DNA of 64,000 nt from Lepidodermella squamata (lineage: Eukaryota; Animalia; Gastrotricha): NCBI GenBank assembly GCA_047495785.1, contig JBLDXI010000032.1:1054001-1118000 (forward strand), read 5' to 3'. The position numbers and the translations under genes are program-made. The notes beneath the pieces were generated by a model. It was not told the origin of the DNA, made no database searches, and saw nothing but the letters and a program-made list of their open reading frames with translations. How positions within the stretch are numbered: the stretch's first letter is position 1; every line of letters starts with the position of its first letter. Shown piece by piece: positions 22,323-32,453 of the stretch.

Positions 22323-23267
22323 ATGCATGATATCAACGCAGAATGCAGCTTGTTACTAATTTTTGCATGTGCCAATTGCTTTTTGTGCCGTCTCGACTTT
22401 GTCAAAGCTGAAAATACCCAAGAAAATTCGCAAAAAGCCGCTAAAAATGCTGTCTACCTCGGATGCAATGATTTATCTCCTGACAACCATCAATCTTCAT
22501 GTTTGGCTGTTATTTCGAGTGAAAAGCTTCAAAGCTACTTCCCACAAGCCGCCTCTGCGACGACCTCAGACGGGAAAATCGATCTGGTCCCGCAAATTAA
22601 ACTGGATTCATTTGTCCCTAAAAAATCTGGCTCAGTACGTGTTCGAATTTTTGGAATGAAGGACGCAAATTACGTGCTAAACGACGATGTTCTTCGCGAT
22701 TTCGCGTTTTGGCGAAGCTCTGGTGATGGTCTATTCGACTCTCAAATTGAATGCCCTCATTGGAATATGGCAAATTCAACTTCCGAAAGAGACTGTCTCT
22801 TCCCATTTTCTCAGAAATTTTATTCGAAATATTCAAATTTTGAACTGGTGTTAGAAGGCTCACAAAAATACTCTTGTCTACCTGGTTACATGGTTTCTGC
22901 CTCTTGGCATTCGGATGATTTTACCCTATCAAGTTCTTCCTATTCGAAAAATTCTCGCATCAAAAATTGTATACGAAGCGCTTCCTATGAGTATGACAGT
23001 CCGCATGGTATCAACGCGTGTTTCGACGATTTATCATCGAATTTGAAGTCGGATCAACCGGAATGCCCGAAAATCAAACCGATTCACGTCGATTCACGTT
23101 ATCAATTTGTTGGCAAAAAGACGCTCAATGGCGGGCTGGAGGAAGCTCTCGGACCTGTCGGATATATTTTTGCTCTTATAGGAGCTAATTTGTTCTTCGG
23201 ATTTCTTGGATTTTGCCTCCGTGGTCACGTTCAAACCTGCCGCAATCGTCGCAACGAAAACCGATGA
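22323..23267 (+). CDS. Array gene 14: family ectodomain, TM, very short basic tail
   Basis: ATG 22323; NAVYLGCN, VRVRIFGM, LFDSQIEC, EGSQKYSCLPGYMVSASW, ACFDDL, ECPKI; TM ending GFLGFCL. Confidence 0.88.
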   Translation: MHDINAECSLLLIFACANCFLCRLDFVKAENTQENSQKAAKNAVYLGCNDLSPDNHQSSCLAVISSEKLQSYFPQAASATTSDGKIDLVPQIKLDSFVPKKSGSVRVRIFGMKDANYVLNDDVLRDFAFWRSSGDGLFDSQIECPHWNMANSTSERDCLFPFSQKFYSKYSNFELVLEGSQKYSCLPGYMVSASWHSDDFTLSSSSYSKNSRIKNCIRSASYEYDSPHGINACFDDLSSNLKSDQPECPKIKPIHVDSRYQFVGKKTLNGGLEEALGPVGYIFALIGANLFFGFLGFCLRGHVQTCRNRRNENR

Positions 23268-23525
23268 AGTCAAATATAGAGATTAAAACTGAAAATACTC
23301 TCATTTTTTACGCATATTTTTCTTTCAATGCAATCAAAAAATCTCACCGGTCGCTATAAAAATGTGCAAATCTCAATTTATTTTGCCTGCAATATTTCTT
23401 GCCCAAAAGTGATATATTTTATTTTATTTCGATCTCAATTAAAAGTCTTGACTACAATTTTTTCTATTTTATTTTTAGAAAAATTAATCGAGTGATTTGG
23501 CGTGAAGCGATGGCAGCATCGAAAA

Positions 23526-24794
23526 ATGAAATTGTTTGATCTGCTTCTACGCCTAGCTGCGTTGACACTTAGTGTAGATGGTTTCAGCATCGAAAAGTTC
23601 TTCCAGCGAATAATCGACTCGTTTCGCGGCAATGAAATCGCTCGAGACGCGGCTAATAATTCCGTCTTTCTCGGCTGCAATATTTTACCGGCGAAAGCCG
23701 TCGCTCAAAAATCTTCAGTTTGCTTCGCATCGCTCACGATCGACTCGATTCGACAGCGATTCACGCCTGTTAATGAAAATCCGATTTTCGACGAAGAAAC
23801 CGCGGCTCAAATAGTGCCTACTATTCAATTGAATCCGTTAATTCCTGACAAATTCGGCGGAGTTCGGGTGAAAATTTTCGGTCTGGAAAAATTAAGGCCG
23901 TCTAAGGTGAAGTTAGCCCTGGAGGATTATTCTTCATGGCGGCCGACTGGTTCGCTGATTTTCGACTCCACCGTCGATTGCCGGTATAACTGGGCTAGTC
24001 AAAGCTGGTCTTTGAACAAATCCTGCCAATTTGCGGTTCATCTCCTTTGGCCGAGATTTCGAGCGTTTGAGCTTGAAATCGAAGGCTTTCAATATCACTC
24101 ATGCATGCCTGGGTATTTGCTCCACGCGAGTTGGTCTAGCGATGACTTCAAGTTATCGGGCGATTTTCCGGCCTATACCGAACGAGCGAGGCCGTTTGGC
24201 TGTGAACGAGCCGCGTTTTTCGACCAGGATAGTCCCTATGCAATTCACGCGTGTTTCGACGACATGTTTTCAGTGCAAAATCTTTCAAATATCGAAAATA
24301 ATAATAATAATAATAATAACGATGTAAAGGAGGCGAAATGTCCGCGGTTTGATTTGATCGCCAATCAACGCCGCCTGGTTCACGGTACTGATCCGTCGTT
24401 TTTCGACGACACGAGATTTGCGTTGTGTATGATTTTTCTCGGCGCGGTTGTTGTCATATTTTTCTGCTATCGAGTTCGAATGTGGTGTTCACGGCCGTGG
24501 CATGTTCGTACGACGCAGAATGCGCTTGAACGGCAGGTTGTTAGCCGAACGCCGAGTTATGCGCATCACATGCATAGCCATCCTAGCCACAATCGGCGGC
24601 ATCGAAATTCCAGCAGCCGGCGAAGTATTGCCTATGTGCCTCAACGGGGTCAAATAACGGAGCTAATGCCTATGGTTGCGATTCCGCCGCCGATTCAGAC
24701 AACGACGGGTAGTAGTAATAGCAATACTCAGGTTGATGATAAGCCTCCCTCTTATGAAGAAGTTATGCGGCTTCCTCAGGCGTCTAGTCAGTGA
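23526..24794 (+). CDS. Array gene 15: family ectodomain, TM, PPxY tail
   Basis: ATG 23526; NSVFLGCN, VRVKIFGL, IFDSTVDC, EGFQYHSCMPGYLLHASW, ACFDDM; an (AAT)n tract encodes poly-Asn; tail DKPPSYEEV. Confidence 0.9.
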   Translation: MKLFDLLLRLAALTLSVDGFSIEKFFQRIIDSFRGNEIARDAANNSVFLGCNILPAKAVAQKSSVCFASLTIDSIRQRFTPVNENPIFDEETAAQIVPTIQLNPLIPDKFGGVRVKIFGLEKLRPSKVKLALEDYSSWRPTGSLIFDSTVDCRYNWASQSWSLNKSCQFAVHLLWPRFRAFELEIEGFQYHSCMPGYLLHASWSSDDFKLSGDFPAYTERARPFGCERAAFFDQDSPYAIHACFDDMFSVQNLSNIENNNNNNNNDVKEAKCPRFDLIANQRRLVHGTDPSFFDDTRFALCMIFLGAVVVIFFCYRVRMWCSRPWHVRTTQNALERQVVSRTPSYAHHMHSHPSHNRRHRNSSSRRSIAYVPQRGQITELMPMVAIPPPIQTTTGSSNSNTQVDDKPPSYEEVMRLPQASSQ

Positions 24795-26220
24795 TGTATC
24801 AATGTGCGAAATTTTATACTGTGTATTTTTTCAGCTATCGATAGAATTATGTGCAATATTATTATTACCTCTATGCGGCATGAAAACTCAAAATTTATTA
24901 TTTTATTTTAAATCTCCTATTATGCGCCTCTAGTTTTGTGAAAAAAATGACCCGATTGAAAATATTAGAATACAGCTTTATTGATGTTTAATCCACCTTA
25001 ATTTCCGAAAAAAAACGAATTGAATTTTTCAATTTTTATAGTCCTTTCAAATTTCATTCGGGTCGTTTTTTGTATTTCGCAATCATCATTATATTTTATG
25101 AGAACTCTTCCGCTTGAAATCGATCAAAGTGAATGGATTAATCAATTGCCTTGATTTTTTTTATTTTTAGAAGTTTAAAGTAAACTTGTTCAATAATCTT
25201 CTACTCAAACGAGCCGAAAGAGCATAATTTTCTAAACGATATCGGTACTTACTGTCAACCCACCGTCAACGAACTCCGATATCGGCATCTGCGGCACCGG
25301 GTTAAAGTACTTTGATTGGTTTGTTCCTTTAAAAGTTCAATTTTATTTAGTTTCGATCGCAATTTGTGGCTCAACTCTTTACTGTCATTAATCCTGTTAT
25401 CGATAAAGTTAAACGCCAGACGCTAGATTAACCACTCCACGAAGGTCCTTTTTATGCAGATGATGCCCTTGTAGTATATAATTAGGGCGGTCAATTGTCC
25501 GAATCTTGTCCTCATCTCATCAGACTCTGAATTTTGTTCGAGAATTTTTGGCGAAGCTAAAAACGAAGAAATGGAGCATTTTTTAAACCTTGCTCATTGC
25601 GAAATTTTGAAAGTTGATAATTCTCATGCTTACAAAATGGAGCGTTGTGTTGAAGTTTTGGGGAAATTGCCATGTTCTTATCAAGAGGAAACATGTCTTT
25701 CGTTTTGCCGCCTTGATGATTGAACGATCCCTTGAAAAATTTTAAGGCAAAAAATTGCCCACATGGATGTTTAAGGCGAAAATATTATCGCGAACGCTCA
25801 GGGTGACTGGTTTCTCGGCTCATGCTTAGAATTCAGACAGCTCATTCATTCAACCACGCCTCAATTTTACACAGTTAATCTCTTGGGGTGGGAGGAGCGG
25901 AAGCGCGGTCAAAAACGACGGATGTATAGCGCTAGCTATGGAATTAACAAAAGGGGATGGTAATGGCGTTAGCCCTTTTAAAAAACATGGCGATTTCGAT
26001 GACCAGAATTTTATCGTTTGTCATTCAAAGAGTCATGCATATGCCTTTACGCCGGTTTATGTAGAATTATTAACCGATTGGCAGGCTGGAGTTTTCCATT
26101 TTGTAATTTCTCGAAGTCTTCCTTTCTCTTCAGGATTAGATGTATTAAATTGTGATGATTTGTTTTAATTTTTAGGATTTTTAACTGAAATCGGATGGTC
26201 ACAACTTGGCGGTTTTCGCG

Positions 26221-27360
26221 ATGAATAATTTGGTTTACCCGGTGCTAGTTAAATCATTATTCGTGCTTACTTTTACCGACATCTCCACCGGTTTCGCCCT
26301 CGAATCTCGCGCTAGATTTATCAAAAATCTCAAAAACATTCCGGCGGCTAAAGACGGCGTGTTTCTCGGCTGCGACGCCACAACCCGAAATCGATCTGAA
26401 TGTTCCATATCGCTACCCGCTGCTCAGGTCCGCCAATATTTCTCGCAGTCTGCCACCGACGATGAATCACCACTTGAAGAAACGCCCTTCTTCCAGCTTA
26501 ATTCTCTTGTCTCGAACGATTTCGGCGGGATAACCGTGAAGCTATACGCATTTGACGATCTGGACGATGGCGTTTTGTTGTTCGATTCCGATCAAAATTG
26601 CTTAAATTGGAAAAGCAACACCTCGACAGCTTCATTCGACCCATATTTTGACCCATCACTCGAAAAAGCGTGCCATTTTTCAGTCTCTAGTTGGCTATGG
26701 ACTAGGTATAAATCGTATCAGTTGATATTGTCCGGGAATCAAGTTCATTCATGCGTGCCCGGCTATATGGTTTATGCAACTTGGTTCGGCGGAGATTTTT
26801 ATTTTCCAAATATTTTCTCATCTTTCACGCAAAAATCGCTGGAATTCAACTGTCAACGCGCTTTAGTTGTGCCGTATGATCAAAACAAATCTATCCACGC
26901 GTGTTTCGACGATTTGTTGTACATCGACCCGAAATATTTGCAAGAAATCGAATTTTCTGATGTTCCACTTGAAGAATGCCCGAAATTTGAACCGATTTCT
27001 CCGTTGAAACGCCGTTTCCGCTACCGCAGCCCGTCTCGGTCGTTGTTAAGGCGGCTCGTCGGCGATTTCACGGTTGATATGATGATAATCACGAGTGGTC
27101 TAGTTGTTGTTCTATGCATGTCTGCTTATCGCTGCCGTGAGAGATGCCGCCATCAGTTGACTGGGCAAAATACGGGCGAAAATGGCGTGCCGTTGTTGCC
27201 TAGGCAACATTTGCAAAGCTTGGCTGTGCAATCTCACGACGAACAACGAGTGCTGCCGGAAGATAAGCTGCCGACCTATGAAGAGGTCATGCGATCGCCC
27301 CCGCCTCCTCCCTCGCCCCCACCTCCACCTCCTGCACCACAATCAGAAACTCGGTTTTGA
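26221..27360 (+). CDS. Array gene 16: family ectodomain, TM, LPxY + poly-Pro tail
   Basis: ATG 26221; GVFLGCD, ITVKLYAF, LFDSDQNC, GNQVHSCVPGYMVYATW, ACFDDL, ECPKF; tail DKLPTYEEV, poly-Pro, C-terminal ETRF. Confidence 0.9.
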   Translation: MNNLVYPVLVKSLFVLTFTDISTGFALESRARFIKNLKNIPAAKDGVFLGCDATTRNRSECSISLPAAQVRQYFSQSATDDESPLEETPFFQLNSLVSNDFGGITVKLYAFDDLDDGVLLFDSDQNCLNWKSNTSTASFDPYFDPSLEKACHFSVSSWLWTRYKSYQLILSGNQVHSCVPGYMVYATWFGGDFYFPNIFSSFTQKSLEFNCQRALVVPYDQNKSIHACFDDLLYIDPKYLQEIEFSDVPLEECPKFEPISPLKRRFRYRSPSRSLLRRLVGDFTVDMMIITSGLVVVLCMSAYRCRERCRHQLTGQNTGENGVPLLPRQHLQSLAVQSHDEQRVLPEDKLPTYEEVMRSPPPPPSPPPPPPAPQSETRF

Positions 27361-27612
27361 AGAAATTATTATGGAAAAAAATCTGCGATCATTATATTTT
27401 TGTAAAAATCCGTATAATATATGAAAGTATTTTCTCCGCTTTATTTTTCGATATTTATTTTTACCTAGTCGGATATGGGAATAAATATGAATATTTTTTG
27501 TAGCATTTGTATTCCTTCATTGGAAAAAAGAAATAATAATTTATGAAAAAGCTTTAATTTTGTTATTTTATTTTAGATTTATATTAATCGATGTTTTTGC
27601 CATGAGAGATCG

Positions 27613-28602
27613 ATGAACTTCGAAAATGGGCAATTTTTTACCCATTTTTCGATGATGTTCTTTCTGATGCCGGCTTTTTCGAGAGTTGCTGAGGCTACTT
27701 TCAACTCAGCATACATCGGCTGTTCAAGGCCTTCAGAACCATTTTGCTCATCAATTGTCACCTTGAATTCAACAGCCAGCCAACCAACCCCGTTTGACAT
27801 GATCAAATTTACTCTTTTTCCGTTACTTGCACCTCGCAATCCATCTCAGCTGAGCGTGAAGATTTACGGCCTAGGTGGACTGGGTGATCCAAATTCACCA
27901 ACTTTACCGCATATTAATTCCTTGATTTTTGATTCGAGAGAAAAATGTAAAGTATGGTTCCAATCTCCACCTACGCAGCCAGGGCCGTGTCATTTTACAA
28001 TTCTCATCAGCTCACTATTCAGTTATCACGCTGTGAAAGTTGTATTAGAGGGCTCTACATCGCTGTCTTGTGTTCATGACTATCTTCTATATGTCACCTG
28101 GCAGAAAAATTATAATTTTGAAATCCTGCAAAATCTCAAGGAAATGTTCGATCTTCAAAGTCCATTCTGCAAAAATGGATCGGCCTTGACGCCTCTCGCG
28201 TTAAATTCGCCGACAGTCATTGCTTGTTTCGACAACAAATGGTTGAGCGTTGAAAGTTTCCCGCAGCGATGCTCGCGGGATCCCGAATTCAATGCTGAAA
28301 CAGATTTCCAGCAGCGAAATTCTGCCGTGAATGCTCTAATTTTTGTATCTGCTGTGGGTTTAGTCTTCCTCGCTGTTATGGCGGTGTATTTTGAAGTAAG
28401 AAGACGCCGTTCCGTTGTCAATCGCCAAAACAGGATCGTGCGTCCAACCACTCGAGGTCCTTCTCAGCCGTCTTCAATGATGCCTTTGACCCATGATTTC
28501 GTGCCTAGTTTCAGCGATCAGATGGACCCACTAACCGTTATAGACGAAAGATTGCCTACCTACGCGGAGGTGATTAGAGTAACTAATGCTGAACAATTAT
28601 AA
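27613..28602 (+). CDS. Array gene 17: family ectodomain, TM, LPxY tail
   Basis: SAYIGCS, LSVKIYGL, IFDSREKC, EGSTSLSCVHDYLLYVTW, ACFDN; tail ERLPTYAEV. Confidence 0.88.
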   Translation: MNFENGQFFTHFSMMFFLMPAFSRVAEATFNSAYIGCSRPSEPFCSSIVTLNSTASQPTPFDMIKFTLFPLLAPRNPSQLSVKIYGLGGLGDPNSPTLPHINSLIFDSREKCKVWFQSPPTQPGPCHFTILISSLFSYHAVKVVLEGSTSLSCVHDYLLYVTWQKNYNFEILQNLKEMFDLQSPFCKNGSALTPLALNSPTVIACFDNKWLSVESFPQRCSRDPEFNAETDFQQRNSAVNALIFVSAVGLVFLAVMAVYFEVRRRRSVVNRQNRIVRPTTRGPSQPSSMMPLTHDFVPSFSDQMDPLTVIDERLPTYAEVIRVTNAEQL

Positions 28603-29098
28603 ATTTCTATCCATTTTGAAAGTTGCTTTGAGATAATGTGACATCTTGTTGACCTTTTTTATTCGGGGTAATGCTAATTTCGGCAGTGATCTGATTCGAA
28701 ATCGACTGAATTCACCGACCTTAAAGTATTTTGTGATTCTGTGATAGCTCTTTCTTTTAGCGGTACCAAATTTTAATAATCGAATCGCCCAAGAATAAGT
28801 TTTCAAAATTTTGGGAATTTAAAACAAATAAAAATAAATTGCCATGAAAATGTCCGTGGTTTTCTGGCCTGGTTATGACTTTGAGAACACGACTTCAATT
28901 GGATTTCACACAAATTTTCTAAAATGGAATTGTATTAGTTTGATTATTTTTGAAATTCGGTTCCGCTAAATGATGGCAGTTTGGTTTTATTAATTTTTGA
29001 TCTTCGAGTTTTTTATTTATTTTTTATTGAAATTGTTGCATTTTCATGGCTTTGATCGTATAAAATTGATTTTTGAAATTTTTCTTAGATCTCCAAAA

Positions 29099-30115
29099 AT
29101 GTTATTTTTTGTTTTATTAACTTTACGGCTCTTTTACGGCCTAGCTCTAAATTCTTCCATCCACTCAGCATTTCTGGGCTGTTCGATTCGTTCTGAATAC
29201 TCGAAATCAGTATGCTCATCGGAAATTTCACTCGACTCAATTTCAGGCTACCTATCAAGCGACGAAGAGGCGTCAACTTTCAACATCTACCCATTAATCG
29301 CGCCTAAACACCCGTCTCAAGTTCGGTTGAAAATCTTCGGCCTAACACGAGTTGGCGAGTCTGATTTCGCGCCGACTTTATTCAATAATTTAATTTTCGA
29401 CACGAGAATCGACTGCAGTTTCTGGCTAACTTCGACCAATATCACAGCCCTGCCGTGTCAATTTTCGATAAACAACGATTTGTATCACAATTTCAATGCC
29501 CTCGAAATTGTATTGGAAGGCTACCCATCCCGGTCGTGTCTACCAGACTATCTGCTATACATCACGTGGCCTGATAGTAATTTCAAACTGCCGCGGAATT
29601 TTTCGCGTTATTTAAACTGCGAAAATGGCGTGGCAATAGGCGCCTATCTCAACGATGATCGATCGCCGCGAATTTTCGCCTGCTTCGACCAGAAATTCAA
29701 CTCGTCAAATTTCGGCGAAAATTGCCCGGCAATTCAACGCCTTGAATTCAGCGACAAATCCACCTCAAAAATTGTCAAGCGAAATTTTTCGCTCCGGAAT
29801 GTGATCGGCGATTTCGGAGTTTCGCTAGCAACAGCTGGCTGTACTATTTTCGGGGTTATTTTCTTTTGTTTTCAGCTGCGCAAATGTCTGACTATTGTTG
29901 ACCGATCGCGGTTAAGACGGCCGTCCCGCCGGGCTAGGTCTATTCGCCCACGCCCCGGTCCTAACGTAACTACACCGTTAAATTGTGATGATTTGCCTAG
30001 CTATAGCGAGCACATCAGTTCTCAGCCTTCATCGTCAACGGAGGAAAAATTACCCACTTATGAAGAAGTCATTCATATGTCTAGAAGCGAACCGCCCTCA
30101 AACGCGTCGGCTTAA
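29099..30115 (+). CDS. Array gene 18: family ectodomain, TM, two LPxY motifs
   Basis: ATG 29099 lies just after acceptor-like TTTTCTTAG; SAFLGCS, VRLKIFGL, IFDTRIDC, EGYPSRSCLPDYLLYITW, ACFDQ; DLPSYSE and EKLPTYEEV. Confidence 0.88.
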   Translation: MLFFVLLTLRLFYGLALNSSIHSAFLGCSIRSEYSKSVCSSEISLDSISGYLSSDEEASTFNIYPLIAPKHPSQVRLKIFGLTRVGESDFAPTLFNNLIFDTRIDCSFWLTSTNITALPCQFSINNDLYHNFNALEIVLEGYPSRSCLPDYLLYITWPDSNFKLPRNFSRYLNCENGVAIGAYLNDDRSPRIFACFDQKFNSSNFGENCPAIQRLEFSDKSTSKIVKRNFSLRNVIGDFGVSLATAGCTIFGVIFFCFQLRKCLTIVDRSRLRRPSRRARSIRPRPGPNVTTPLNCDDLPSYSEHISSQPSSSTEEKLPTYEEVIHMSRSEPPSNASA

Positions 30116-30450
30116 TTACAAAATATTCGTAGCCCTATGATAATGTGTGAAAGTTACCGGTGATAAAGTTGAGATTGAATCAAAATACGTGTCAATTTAT
30201 ACACATTTTAGGCGTTAAAATTTCGTATTTCAATTACACGGCTCATCAGATTTATTGAATTTGACAGGTAGAAGTTACAATACCCCGTGTTTGTTGTGCA
30301 TGAGTGGATGAACTTGCGATAATATTTCTTGCATGACTAATTTTTCGATTTTTCGCGACGACTAATGACAATTTGTCTGCTATCAGTTTTAGATGGTTTG
30401 ATTTGGTTTTGTCTTTACTAATTGGTATTTTGGCGACTTATATTGGTTCA

Positions 30451-31623
30451 ATGTCGCCAAAATCTGGCTCATGTCTGGTGCTAAGCTCGATACTACTGCT
30501 CATTTTCGCCGGTTGCCATGGCTACGATTTGAAGCAAGACAATAGCCCGACTACAACCACGGCGAAAATCCTGACTTCCGATTCGGCTATTTTTCTAGGA
30601 TGTAACGATTCGCCGTTCTTGAAAAGCGGCTACAAGTCAACTTGCTACGCTGCGTATTCAGTTGAAGATATTCGGCGGATTTTCCGGCCTATCGCGGAAT
30701 ATGACCCAGAAGATGAGGACAACACGGAGGAGTCGATTCCTTACCTAACTCTGAGCCCGCTCGTCACGAAGCTAAAAGGCGGCGTTCGTTTACGGCTGTA
30801 CGGCCTCGAGCAGTTGGATCACGCCAAAATCGATGATATTATGGAGGATTTTTCAAAATGGTCACACGTTGGCGAGTTGATTTTCGATTCTGACGAAAAT
30901 TGTACAAATTGGTCGAATCAAAGTGTGGCGAAAGCGCCTAATTCCAAGTCATTCGAGTCATGCCAAGCATTGCTGCCGAGCGATTTCTGGTCGACTTACA
31001 AAGCTGTTGAAGTTGTCATCGAAGGCTCGCAGATGAACTCATGCGTGCCCGGTTACATGGTCTACGCAACGTGGTATGATGACGATTTTAGGCTGACGCG
31101 TAATTTCAGTGTCGAAAAATCGCAGTCTTACCACTGCGAGTCGGCCGCGTATTTTCGATCGAAATCTGTTCACTCTATCCACACGTGTTTTGACGACCTG
31201 TTCGCTGTGTATAGTAAGGCGGATGAGGGTGACGCTGTTCGGGAGCAAATTCGAAAATCATGCCCAACCTACGTACCGCCTGGTCAACGGCGCAGGTATC
31301 GAAGAAGGAGGAGGAGAACCGGCTGGACATTGAATCTTAAAACTATGTGGCGATTTTTAGGCCCGTGGGGCTTTACTTTAGTCGCACTTGGTATCGCTCT
31401 TCTGGTGGCCGGGATAATTTTCTACCGGTTCCGCTCTTCTTGCCCCGGTATTATGAATCGATTTAACCGCCGTCGGGTGACTCGAGACGATGCGCCTCTT
31501 TTATCCCCAAATCCGCCGATCGTCATGACAAATTTGAATGCTGAACGCCCGAAAGCGGCTGATGAGAAACTGCCAAGTTACGACGAAGCGTTACATTTGC
31601 CCCAGCCTAATACTCGACTTTGA
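30451..31623 (+). CDS. Array gene 19: family ectodomain, polybasic stalk, TM, LPxY tail
   Basis: ATG 30451; SAIFLGCN, VRLRLYGL, IFDSDENC, EGSQMNSCVPGYMVYATW, TCFDDL, SCPTY; RRRYRRRRRR before the TM; EKLPSYDEA; C-terminal NTRL. Confidence 0.9.
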   Translation: MSPKSGSCLVLSSILLLIFAGCHGYDLKQDNSPTTTTAKILTSDSAIFLGCNDSPFLKSGYKSTCYAAYSVEDIRRIFRPIAEYDPEDEDNTEESIPYLTLSPLVTKLKGGVRLRLYGLEQLDHAKIDDIMEDFSKWSHVGELIFDSDENCTNWSNQSVAKAPNSKSFESCQALLPSDFWSTYKAVEVVIEGSQMNSCVPGYMVYATWYDDDFRLTRNFSVEKSQSYHCESAAYFRSKSVHSIHTCFDDLFAVYSKADEGDAVREQIRKSCPTYVPPGQRRRYRRRRRRTGWTLNLKTMWRFLGPWGFTLVALGIALLVAGIIFYRFRSSCPGIMNRFNRRRVTRDDAPLLSPNPPIVMTNLNAERPKAADEKLPSYDEALHLPQPNTRL

Positions 31624-32453
31624 TCTTAGTTTACGTTTGAAACCCGCGTTTTGCTTGTCAAAAATATATTATTTAACCTGCTGATATTGTTTTCTGAGAA
31701 AAACTGCTGTTTTTTGAGTTTCTGACATGACCTTTTTATATCGCCAAAATCTGAATTCTATATCAAATTATATACATGATGTATCATGCGATTCCAAGCT
31801 GTGGTAAAACCTAATTACCTTTTGATAAAAAAATTGAGTATTTTGAATTATTTCATTTTTTTCTGATTTTTTAGGTTATTTAAAATTCAAGTCATAGACG
31901 AAATTACGAAATTTATTGCTTGCAAAATCACGAGATAGCGATGCGTTTTCGACTCTATCGACATCTGAAATTTTCAAATTCGAAATTGAAGATTTTTTCA
32001 ATTCGCTCTCAAAGTAATTGCCAAATAATATTGTGGATGCTCAACCTATTCAGTTGTATACAATTCTGTGATCTAGTATGGTATGTTTTTTTCAAGGTAG
32101 AGGCGCAGTTCATTTTTATGTCAATAATTTTTGGCCTAAATAATATTTTTTGAATATAGGTATGTACCTCGCTCCTACTTATCCTCGTCCCAATTTTGTA
32201 GATATTAACCGAGGTGTATTGCCATTAGGAAATATGTTTAGTGCTAATCCTGCGCTATGTTTGCCTTTAATTCGTCATTTGTGTTTAACCCGTGTTTACT
32301 TCCTGCCTTCCGCATCCTGGTTTTCCCTCTTGATCTTGCGCTGTTTATTTGCCCGAAAGAGAGAGGGGCGTCTCACTTGTGCGCATCCACGTAACATGTC
32401 TCGCTAAGTATTTTTTCTAACAATAGGCAGCTTGACAGCATTTATAACAAATA

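Noticed and set aside
24297-24320. (AAT)n tract as a separate element
   Set aside because: A simple in-frame microsatellite encoding poly-Asn in a variable loop of gene 15.
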